This document shows, piece by piece, positions 1 to 8,162 of a stretch of DNA of 29,237 bases. Each line of letters starts with the position of its first letter. The first letter of the stretch is position 1. This stretch comes from a bacterium (GTDB lineage Bacteria; Patescibacteriota; Minisyncoccia; Phycocordibacterales; UBA5272): NCBI GenBank assembly GCA_043728155.1, contig JAYTMX010000014.1:1-29237 (forward strand), read 5' to 3'. Under the pieces are notes generated by a model. It did not search any database, had not been told where the DNA came from, and saw only the letters and a list, made by a program, of their open reading frames with translations. The translations under genes were made by a program, and so were the position numbers.

Positions 1-13
1 AAAGGAGATTATC

Positions 14-639
14 ATGAACCAAGCAGAATTGGCCGAAATGGGCCGCCTTCAAGCAGCACTTGCAGCAGCCCAAGCAGGGCAGCCAGTTGCTCAAGCTCAG
101 CCTGCGCCACAAGTGCAGCAGAACTTTATTGCGCAGGCAGCTCCAGTAACCGCTGTACACACCGTACAGATGCCATTCCCGATTGATTCGCAGGGAGTAA
201 GGTTCATTCCTAGTCTCCCGACTTGGGTGATATGGAGTTTGTCCTTACTGACCTTGTTAGTTGTCGTTGCCTTGTTGGTTATGACTTCTGTTTGGAGTTC
301 GAAACCGGCAACGGTTTCAGCAACGGCAGTACCAACACCGCAGGCAATCACCTACACTATTCCACCAATCAAGATCGATCCGATCAAGATTGATGTAAAT
401 GTAACGGGGGTACAGCCGGGAAAGCCGTAGCGCCTGATCCAAGGGCAGTTGTAGCACCAGTGGTAATACCTGCTGCAGCTGCACCTAGTCAGGCGCAAAA
501 GCCTAAACCGAAGCCCACCGCTACGCAAAGTGGTAGTGGTTCTGGTTGGGTATCGTCAGCACCACCTGCCGCATGTCACAATCCGCCCCCAGGGTGGGCT
601 GTGCAGTGGCCAGATCAGTGCGGCTATAAAAAGCCATAA
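14..639 (+). pseudogene. Gln/Ala/Pro-rich single-pass membrane protein, frameshifted near 394-427
   Basis: SD AAGGAG precedes ATG 14. ORF 14-430 has a TM segment (WVIWSLSLLTLLVVVALLVM). The -1 frame stays open from 394 to TAA 637-639 with the same Ala/Pro-rich style (KAVAPDPRAVVAPVVIPAAAAPSQAQKPKPKP...CGYKKP). Confidence 0.6.
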
Positions 640-736
640 TTGGTCAAAGCGAAGTTATTTTTTTGAAAAGCACAACATGTGCAAATCAAATTAAGACTTC
701 GCTTTTTCTTTTTGTAAAATAGTTCACGTAAGCTAC

Positions 737-764
737 TTGACAAATAATTGTAAAGGTGTATACT
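737..764 (+). promoter_or_regulatory. sigma70-type promoter
   Basis: TTGACA (737-742), 16 nt, TATACT (759-764); SD AAGGAG before ATG 841. Confidence 0.6.
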
Positions 765-840
765 ATATAAGTAAGTAATGCAATTCTGCAAAACTTAAGA
801 GTTCTTTTACAACAACGCCCGACAGGGCAAGGAGAAAAAA

Positions 841-1899
841 ATGAAGAAATTCATTCACGCCCTGATCGCCGGCGTATTGGCAATCTTTTCCGTATCAGCA
901 ACGGCACAGAGTCAACCAGACGGTATCAGCGGATTTGTTTCTGATGATGCTTGTGTATCTGCAGTTTTTGCAGGTAAAGCAAAGGCTTATGAACCAAAAA
1001 TAAGCCGTTCGCCAGGTCCTCAGTTTGGTCGAATGACAATGCACAATGCTGGCTACCAAAATGGTGCCTGCGTGCAAGGTCTGACAACCTTTACTCAAGG
1101 GACTTGGGTGTATTTACCTTCAACTTTTCAGGTTGGACAAAATGGTGAACACTTGGTTATGTGGCAGTGCGCGAATGCCATCACTATCATTACAGCAATT
1201 CCTACGAACCAGGTTGTAAATCGCCCAGCTGCATCAATCAATTTTTCTGCCGCTACTCCGCTAGTCTGCAAAGGTGAAGAGGAGTGTAAGCAGGTTAATT
1301 GGTGTGAAGCTAACAATGGCTGGTATGCAAGCAAAGATGGTGCTGGTAACAACATTCGTAAATGCGATGTCCCTGGTGAGATGAGTGTTATTTCTAAACA
1401 AAATATCGTTCGTATCCAAGAGCAAACAACCATTCTGCCTGAGCAATTACCAACTGAGGTTCGTCCTTGGAAAGTTGCAGCTCCAGTTGTGATACCGCCG
1501 GCGCCAGCGATTCGTGTTGATGTACAGGGCTCACAAGGTCCAGTAGTTAATATGGCTCGCCAAAGCCAAGGTACTGTATCTGGTACGAGATGTAGTTTTG
1601 ATTGCATTTCGCGTGAAGTCACAAAGGATGTCGTGGGTCACCAAAACATTCCAAGTGTCGACAAGCAGTGCGAAATACGGTGGTCTGCTGCTAATCAGCA
1701 AGGTCGCCTCCTGATCGATAACTACAGTGGCAAGATTCGTCTTGCTAGCGTGGTATCAGGCCAATCTTCCCCTTCAAAGGTTATGGTTACACCAGCAAAT
1801 GCTAGCCGTGACTGTAACCTTGATCAAGGGGAAGTGAAAAAAAATTGGGACAGTGTGGTGCGTATGATGGGGTTACCTCCAACTTGCAAGCCAGTTTAG
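841..1899 (+). CDS. Secreted Cys-rich hypothetical protein
   Basis: 352-aa ORF, Sec-type signal (MKKFIHALIAGVLAIFSVSATA-Q), many Cys, strong SD, visibly higher GC than the core genes. Confidence 0.8.
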   Translation: MKKFIHALIAGVLAIFSVSATAQSQPDGISGFVSDDACVSAVFAGKAKAYEPKISRSPGPQFGRMTMHNAGYQNGACVQGLTTFTQGTWVYLPSTFQVGQNGEHLVMWQCANAITIITAIPTNQVVNRPAASINFSAATPLVCKGEEECKQVNWCEANNGWYASKDGAGNNIRKCDVPGEMSVISKQNIVRIQEQTTILPEQLPTEVRPWKVAAPVVIPPAPAIRVDVQGSQGPVVNMARQSQGTVSGTRCSFDCISREVTKDVVGHQNIPSVDKQCEIRWSAANQQGRLLIDNYSGKIRLASVVSGQSSPSKVMVTPANASRDCNLDQGEVKKNWDSVVRMMGLPPTCKPV

Positions 1900-2055
1900 C
1901 TAACGACCGCAAATATGAGTCGTGCGGTGTATAAATAGACTTTAATTAGCCCTTTTGATGCAAATCAATTGGGCTTTTCTTTTTGCACAAAAAATGTTAC
2001 TATTTTAGTATATTTAAGGAGTTGTCAAGTAAGATACAAAAATGATACATATCAC

Positions 2056-2085
2056 TTGACAAGTTGTAAAGTAGTATGCTATAAT
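2056..2085 (+). promoter_or_regulatory. sigma70 promoter with extended -10
   Basis: TTGACA 2056-2061, 18 nt, TGcTATAAT (hexamer 2080-2085). Confidence 0.6.
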
Positions 2086-2143
2086 ATAAAAACCTTAAAA
2101 CAGGTATTAAAAACAGGAAAACAAATTATACAAAAAACTTTAT

Positions 2144-4657
2144 ATGAAAAAAACAATTATGAACTTTATTAAAAAATTAGCAACCAGTGCAATGCTTTTT
2201 GCATTTTTATTTAATGCAAACTTTACGTTAATAGAATCAGCTCATGCACAGTGGAATGACTCTGATTGGACGACACAAGATCCATCTAACTATACTTACA
2301 ATACAGATTCTTATACTAATCCAAATATAGATTATGTAACTTACGGTTGTGAATATTATGGTAACTGTGCAAATAATAACACCGTAGGTAACTCTACTTG
2401 GAATGACTCTGATTGGACTACTCAAAATCCAAGTACATACGTTTATAATACAGATTCATACACTAATCCAAATATAGATTATATAACTTATGGTTGTGAA
2501 TATTATGGATCATGTAATACTACATATCCACAAGAACCTGTATACCCTACATACCCACAACAGCCAGTATATCCAACAAATCCTGTTTATCCTGTATACC
2601 CAACTCAGCCAGTTTACCCAGTGCAACCTGCGTACCCAGTTTCGCCAGTTTATCCAGTACAGCCAGTTAATCCCGTTTATCCTGTTAGTCCTGTAACACC
2701 GATAACTTATACATATTATTGTAATATTAATGGAGTTACATATTACTCTCAAGCAGAATACAATTATGGATGTAGAAATACTATAACCCCAATACAACCA
2801 CAACCAACTTATTATTGTGCTATTAATGGTCAGACTTATAATTCACAATCAGCATATGACATAGGATGTAGAGCACCAGTAATATCACTTTATTGTTCTA
2901 TTAACGGTCAGACATACAACTCACAAGAAGCTTACAACGCCAACTGTGTAAATAGACCATCACTGTACTGTGCACTTAATGGTCAGACATATACATCACA
3001 ACAAGCATACGCTGATGGATGTAGAAAATACTGTGCTCTTAATACTTACTACTACTCAACACAAAGTGAATATGACGCTTATTGTAGAACTCCAATAGTT
3101 AACCTATATTGCGCCCTTAATGGTCAGACTTATAATTCACAATCAGCATATGACGCAGGATGTAGAAATGTAAACCCAACTTATTATTGTTCTATCAACG
3201 GTCAGACATATAATAATATTAATGACTATAACAATTACTGTAAAAATCCAACTATAAGTTTATACTGTGCATTAAATGGTAATACTTATAATTCTCAGGA
3301 TGCTTATAATACTGGATGTAGATTATATTGTACTTATAATGGATACTACTATAATACTCAAAACGAATACAATGTATCATGTAAAGCGCCTATCAGTTTA
3401 TACTGTGCACTTAACGGATCAACTTATTCATCAAATGAAAGTTATGCAGCTGGATGTAAAAAATATTGTTCTATTAACGGATTCTATTATGGAACTCAAA
3501 ATGAATATGACAATTACTGTAAAGCACCAGTAACTCCAGTATGGTACTGTACTGTTAATAGCAGAACATATTACTCTCAAAATGATTATAACAATAATTG
3601 TAGAAACATAATTGTAAATAATCACAGAGTAGTTACAACAATCCCAACACAAATCACAAAAACAAGTGCAAGATGTAATGGTGTTGCGATGATAGTTAAT
3701 AATGTTAATACTACTGGATACTTTGAATACGGTGCTAGTGCGAACCTTGGTTATACTACTAACTCGGGTAATATCGGAAATCAAATGTCTACTCAGTATT
3801 CTAATCTTATTAACGGATTAAAATCTAACACTACATATTACTGTAGAGCAGTAATTACTAATATTAACGGAACATACAAAGGTGAACTTATGAGCTTTAA
3901 AACAGCTACTGAACATGTACAATACATACCAATAGTTACAGCTCCAAAACCAAAACAAGTTATAACTTATGTAAAACAAAATAAAGTTACTAAAAAAGTT
4001 GTAACTTATGTTGCTCCAAAAACTGACAAGGGTGGCGTAGATATTACTTGTAAAGATATAGAAGGCAATCAGTCAGTAATTAAAAATGGTCAAAAATTAG
4101 CTATAGTTAATTTTGACAAAGTTTCTGGTGAGGTTATAAAGGGTGGTATTATAGATTATAAATTATCTTATAAAAATACTTCCGACTTAACGTTATCAAA
4201 TGTAATAGTAAAAGTTACAGCTCCAAAAGATATGACTTTTCTAGATAAAAATATCGGAGAATATAATGCAATTGAGAACTCGATTACTATTGAAGACGCA
4301 AGAGTAAAGTCTGGCGAAACTGTAGAAAAGATAATCAAGATGCAAGTGAGTGACACCGTAACTGCAGGAAAATCATTAATTGTTAATTCTTACTTATCAT
4401 ACGAAGTATTAGACACAAAAGGTAGTATTTTAAAAGATGAGGTTACTAATTACTCAGTAGTTACTGTAGCTAATGATGTTAAGGTGACTGCTAATAATAC
4501 AAAAGTAGATACAAAAAATACTACAACTGGAAGTATACTTCCAGGGACAGTGTTAGAATGGATAGCGGTAATTGCACTATTTATGATCTTATTTATCCTG
4601 GGAAGAGTTATTTTCAAAGATATAATGGGAACAAAAAGTGAAGTTAATCATCACTAG
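2144..4657 (+). CDS. Large repeat-rich surface protein (signal peptide, Cys repeats, FN3-like and DUF11-like domains, C-terminal TM)
   Basis: 837 aa: signal ending AHA-Q, duplicated 39-aa module, PVYP tract, 12 C-x16-C repeats, TTGYFEYG...YYCRAV FN3-like block, IDYKLSYKN DUF11-like block, C-terminal TM. Domain names are by recognition only. Confidence 0.85.
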   Translation: MKKTIMNFIKKLATSAMLFAFLFNANFTLIESAHAQWNDSDWTTQDPSNYTYNTDSYTNPNIDYVTYGCEYYGNCANNNTVGNSTWNDSDWTTQNPSTYVYNTDSYTNPNIDYITYGCEYYGSCNTTYPQEPVYPTYPQQPVYPTNPVYPVYPTQPVYPVQPAYPVSPVYPVQPVNPVYPVSPVTPITYTYYCNINGVTYYSQAEYNYGCRNTITPIQPQPTYYCAINGQTYNSQSAYDIGCRAPVISLYCSINGQTYNSQEAYNANCVNRPSLYCALNGQTYTSQQAYADGCRKYCALNTYYYSTQSEYDAYCRTPIVNLYCALNGQTYNSQSAYDAGCRNVNPTYYCSINGQTYNNINDYNNYCKNPTISLYCALNGNTYNSQDAYNTGCRLYCTYNGYYYNTQNEYNVSCKAPISLYCALNGSTYSSNESYAAGCKKYCSINGFYYGTQNEYDNYCKAPVTPVWYCTVNSRTYYSQNDYNNNCRNIIVNNHRVVTTIPTQITKTSARCNGVAMIVNNVNTTGYFEYGASANLGYTTNSGNIGNQMSTQYSNLINGLKSNTTYYCRAVITNINGTYKGELMSFKTATEHVQYIPIVTAPKPKQVITYVKQNKVTKKVVTYVAPKTDKGGVDITCKDIEGNQSVIKNGQKLAIVNFDKVSGEVIKGGIIDYKLSYKNTSDLTLSNVIVKVTAPKDMTFLDKNIGEYNAIENSITIEDARVKSGETVEKIIKMQVSDTVTAGKSLIVNSYLSYEVLDTKGSILKDEVTNYSVVTVANDVKVTANNTKVDTKNTTTGSILPGTVLEWIAVIALFMILFILGRVIFKDIMGTKSEVNHH
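2252..2515 (+). repeat. Two copies of a 117-bp (39-aa) module, period 147 bp
   Basis: 2252-2368 and 2399-2515: WNDSDWTTQ[D/N]PS.Y.YNTDSYTNPNIDY[V/I]TYGCEYYG.C. Confidence 0.9.
2525..2701 (+). repeat. Pro-Val-Tyr-Pro low-complexity tract
   Basis: YPQEPVYPTYPQQPVYPTNPVYPVYPTQPVYPVQPAYPVSPVYP... Confidence 0.85.
2711..3607 (+). repeat. 12 tandem C-x16-C repeats (YCxxNGxTYxSQxxYxxxC)
   Basis: Counted directly in the translation, e.g. LYCALNGQTYNSQSAYDAGCR. Confidence 0.9.
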
Positions 4658-4693
4658 TAATATATAGCAATAGTTACTAATTAACAGTTGTTA

Positions 4694-4724
4694 ACAAAAG
4701 CGGCGCCGTAGGCGCCGCTTTTGT
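4694..4724. terminator. Perfect 14-bp palindrome with GTA loop (terminator/REP-like)
   Basis: ACAAAAGCGGCGCC-GTA-GGCGCCGCTTTTGT downstream of the stop at 4657. Confidence 0.75.
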
Positions 4725-4738
4725 GTTATTATTACATT

Positions 4739-5545
4739 ATGAATTTTAAGCAATTTTTAGGGATACCACCAGAACCAGCAACCAGAGCAGGAATATTACC
4801 AGGAACTACAGTTGTTAGTCCTGACGATTTGGTAGCCAGCAGAAGAGATTTTTTAAAGGGTGCAGGTAAGTTGGCAGCTGTTGCTGCAATAGGTAGTATA
4901 GGAGCATCTCTTTCTAAAAATGTAGAGGCAGCACCTAATATAGAATTAAGAAAAGAATTAATAGATAATCATACTATATTTACGGATAAAGCTGATATAA
5001 TTTCTGCTCTTGAAAAATATGAAAAACAAAATGACTTAAGAGCATTTAATTTTTATTACCCAAGATATATAGGTGAGCAAAATCCAAATATTACCAGAAT
5101 AGCAAAATCACTAATAGTCTCAAAAGTAATGGTTAAGAATTTAGATGATAGAGTAGTAGAAGTGCCACTTCTAAATGGTGAAATTTTAAGTACTTTATCT
5201 GACAAAATAGTTGTAAAAGCAGAAATAGTTGGAGGTAACGGTTGGATTATATTACCTGCTGGGACGCAAGTAATAACAGGAGCAGATGGAAAAAGAAAAA
5301 TAGCAGCGTGCAGGAATGATATACATGAAGAGATAAAAGAAGAAGAGAAAAAATGTATACCAAAATGTGTAGCTGTTAAATGTAATTATCCAGAAACCGT
5401 AGGAGGAGTAAAAACAGGAAAATCAGTTAGTGTAGTGATACCTTTTTCAAAAGAAAGAAATTCTGATTCTGGTAAAAATATATGCCAATCATATATGGAA
5501 AGTAATATTTCTTTTATAAAGTCAAAATTTAATGAAGTAAATTAA
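4739..5545 (+). CDS. Hypothetical protein with twin-arginine-like signal
   Basis: SRRDFLK followed by a hydrophobic stretch and VEA-A. ATG 4739 preferred over TTG 4721 because it lies 6 nt after TGtTATTAT. Confidence 0.75.
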   Translation: MNFKQFLGIPPEPATRAGILPGTTVVSPDDLVASRRDFLKGAGKLAAVAAIGSIGASLSKNVEAAPNIELRKELIDNHTIFTDKADIISALEKYEKQNDLRAFNFYYPRYIGEQNPNITRIAKSLIVSKVMVKNLDDRVVEVPLLNGEILSTLSDKIVVKAEIVGGNGWIILPAGTQVITGADGKRKIAACRNDIHEEIKEEEKKCIPKCVAVKCNYPETVGGVKTGKSVSVVIPFSKERNSDSGKNICQSYMESNISFIKSKFNEVN

Positions 5546-5549
5546 AATT

Positions 5550-7673
5550 ATGAAATTCTCTAAAAACATTTTATTAATATCTGTAATTTTTATAAGTATA
5601 TTCTTTATAAACTTGCCCAATTCTTTCTCACAAGAATGTACTGACGATTGTACTATTACTGAGACGGTAGAAATACCAATAGATAATACTCCTTCCCAGG
5701 TTGATTGTGGTGATGGTTTTTTTGCGCCAACTAAAGCATCTTGTCCAGCGACACCTCAACCTACTGAAGTTAACTGTCCTGGGGGGTATTTTAGTGACTA
5801 TTATCAGCAGTGTATGAAAACTTGCCCTGGTAATTCCCCAGATGTTAGACTTAATGAATCTTGTTCTGTTACACCAACGGGTAATACAAGCAGTCAGCCG
5901 ACACCAACTACGCCAGTGTTGAATACTAACTCACCATATCAGACACCTCCTTATGTGCCAAATAATACAGGTGGGGTAAGTGTTACATGTAGAGGCAATG
6001 GTCAATGTGGTGTCGGTATTAATTGGGGAGGAGTAAATATTGGATACAATCCAACTCCAACTGCGCCAACTTATAATCAACCTTCATCTCCTTATTGGGG
6101 TGGAACTAGTGGTACGCAGACATATAATCAACCACAAGTTTACAACCAGCCAACTATTGTAATACCTGGTCCACCGCAAATTGTATGCCCCATCAATTAT
6201 ACAGTCAGTAGCCGAGAGTGTATTCCTAATAAAAAACCGTGTAGTGAAGGAGGGCAAGTTAATTTTTATGAGCAATGTCTTAAAACTTGCTGGTCGGGTA
6301 CATTATCTGGTCAAAGGATACCAGAGAATCAATCCTGTCCTGCTGGGGTCATTAATATGCAACCAAATCCAGGTCAGACATATAACCCTACGCCAGTAAC
6401 AATAGTTAATAATTCAAATCAAACCAAAACATGTCCTGGAGGTTATATAGCAAAAATAACAGAAGCCTGCCCAGCTGTTCCTAATTGGGGTGGTGACAGC
6501 AGGCCAGCTCAAGTCTATGCAACCACAACAAATGTGTATAATACTAATGTTAGTACAACAAAAGTTTGCAGGGACGGTAACACAGTGTATGATTATCAAG
6601 TTTGTACGAAAAGATGTTTAGACGGAAAATTAATTAACGAGGACTATAGATGTCCAATAGCAAAGGCTAATCATGAAGTTATAACCACAACGCCGACATA
6701 CATAACTAATAATTCAGCTAGTTGTAACGGAGTAGCTGATATTGTTAATAATGCTAACACTACTGGATACTTTGAATATGGTACTAGCGCATCTCTTGGC
6801 AAGGCTACTAATTCTGGGAACATAGGTTATGGTGATAATATTGCTTACTCTAACACTGTAACCAATCTAGAATCAGATACAAAATATTATTGTAGAGCGG
6901 TAATAGTTAATAAAGACGGAGTGTACAAGGGTGACATAGTTAGCTTTAGAACTAATGCTAATAAAAAAGTCTATGTATCAACAATAATAGAAGAAGTCTA
7001 TAAAAAAGAAGTGATATCAAGTCCGATTAAAAAGAGTATTACTAAAAAAGTAGAACAAAAAAAAGTAGAAGTTACATGTAAGGATACAGCTGGTAATACT
7101 GATAAGTTAGAATCAGGTGAAAAGTTTTTAGATATGAGACTGGACAATGTGAGTGGCTATATATCTCCAAGTGAAATTACAGATTACAGATTAGAGTATA
7201 AAAATAGAAGTAGTATAAACCTAGAGAATGTTTTATTTACTATAAAAGTACCAGAAGGTATGGCATACGTATCGTCTACTGACGGCACAGAAAATGACGG
7301 GGAGATAATCATAAAAGTCGGAGACTTAAAAGCAAATGAAAGCAAAACTATTAATTTTAAATTAAAAGGAGATAAAAATCTAGTCTCTGGAAGAAATATA
7401 ATAGTACAAGCTAACTCAACGTATGATATGCTAGACGAAAATGGAGATAAAATCAGCGATGAGAACTCGGTATATAGTATATCTACGGTTACGGATAAGA
7501 TGGTGAGTATAAATAATAAAATAAGTAAAGAGACAGAGACTTTCTGGAGTGGCTGGTTATTCAAATTCTTATTATCTATAATACTATTAGTAATTTTATT
7601 TGTATTAGGTAGAAATATATATAAGAAAATAATACGCAAGAGATATGCTGACAGAATATTAGGCCATCACTAA
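5550..7673 (+). CDS. Large Cys-rich surface protein, paralog of 2144-4657
   Basis: 707 aa; N-terminal signal/TM, CPGG/KTC Cys repeats, shared FN3-like block (CNGV...TTGYFEYG...SGNIG...YYCRAV), DUF11-like block, C-terminal TM. Confidence 0.85.
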   Translation: MKFSKNILLISVIFISIFFINLPNSFSQECTDDCTITETVEIPIDNTPSQVDCGDGFFAPTKASCPATPQPTEVNCPGGYFSDYYQQCMKTCPGNSPDVRLNESCSVTPTGNTSSQPTPTTPVLNTNSPYQTPPYVPNNTGGVSVTCRGNGQCGVGINWGGVNIGYNPTPTAPTYNQPSSPYWGGTSGTQTYNQPQVYNQPTIVIPGPPQIVCPINYTVSSRECIPNKKPCSEGGQVNFYEQCLKTCWSGTLSGQRIPENQSCPAGVINMQPNPGQTYNPTPVTIVNNSNQTKTCPGGYIAKITEACPAVPNWGGDSRPAQVYATTTNVYNTNVSTTKVCRDGNTVYDYQVCTKRCLDGKLINEDYRCPIAKANHEVITTTPTYITNNSASCNGVADIVNNANTTGYFEYGTSASLGKATNSGNIGYGDNIAYSNTVTNLESDTKYYCRAVIVNKDGVYKGDIVSFRTNANKKVYVSTIIEEVYKKEVISSPIKKSITKKVEQKKVEVTCKDTAGNTDKLESGEKFLDMRLDNVSGYISPSEITDYRLEYKNRSSINLENVLFTIKVPEGMAYVSSTDGTENDGEIIIKVGDLKANESKTINFKLKGDKNLVSGRNIIVQANSTYDMLDENGDKISDENSVYSISTVTDKMVSINNKISKETETFWSGWLFKFLLSIILLVILFVLGRNIYKKIIRKRYADRILGHH

Positions 7674-7720
7674 TTTTAGTGTATTTATTAGTAGGGTAGT
7701 TTTTGTGTTATAATCGAGTT

Positions 7721-8158
7721 ATGAAAAGTATTAATTATAATAATATTAAAATACAAGACTTAGAAAATATAGCAAAAGAAATAGTGAGTAAAATATTTGA
7801 AAGTAAAAAAGAAAGCTTTGTAATTTACCTAGAGGGTGATATGGGGGCAGGGAAAACTACACTTGCACAAAATATAGGAAAATCTCTTGGTGTTACCGAT
7901 CATATGCAGTCACCTACTTTTACCCTCATGCGTGAGTATGATTTATCTGAAAATAAATACAAAAAGCTCATACATATAGATGCCTACAGATTCGAAGCTA
8001 AAAAAGAGGGGCAGGTGCTTAGAATAAATGAAAACAAAATAGGTAATATAGTTTTAATAGAATGGCCAAATAATATGCAGGCACCAGATGCTAATATGAT
8101 AATAAATATAGAAAAAGTAAGTGAGGATATTCGAAATATAAAAGTAGAAATTATTTAA
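7721..8158 (+). CDS. tsaE: tRNA threonylcarbamoyladenosine biosynthesis ATPase TsaE
   Basis: GDMGAGKTT P-loop, QSPTF, HIDAYR, IEW motifs. ATG 7721 lies 6 nt after TATAAT. Confidence 0.92.
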   Translation: MKSINYNNIKIQDLENIAKEIVSKIFESKKESFVIYLEGDMGAGKTTLAQNIGKSLGVTDHMQSPTFTLMREYDLSENKYKKLIHIDAYRFEAKKEGQVLRINENKIGNIVLIEWPNNMQAPDANMIINIEKVSEDIRNIKVEII

Positions 8159-8162
8159 AATT

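Noticed and set aside
2022-2062. Inverted TTGTCAAGT/ACTTGACAA as a divergent promoter
   Set aside because: The minus-strand -35 has no properly spaced -10; a regulator site cannot be excluded.
1969-2172. 67-aa ORF before the surface protein
   Set aside because: It overlaps a terminator T-run and the 2056-2085 promoter, and has no SD.
2252-3607. CRISPR-like array
   Set aside because: The repeats are in-frame, degenerate at synonymous sites, and have no unique spacers or cas genes.
5781-5786. G6 run in the 5550 gene as a phase switch
   Set aside because: It is short, currently in frame, and explained by Gly-Gly in a repeated CPGG motif.
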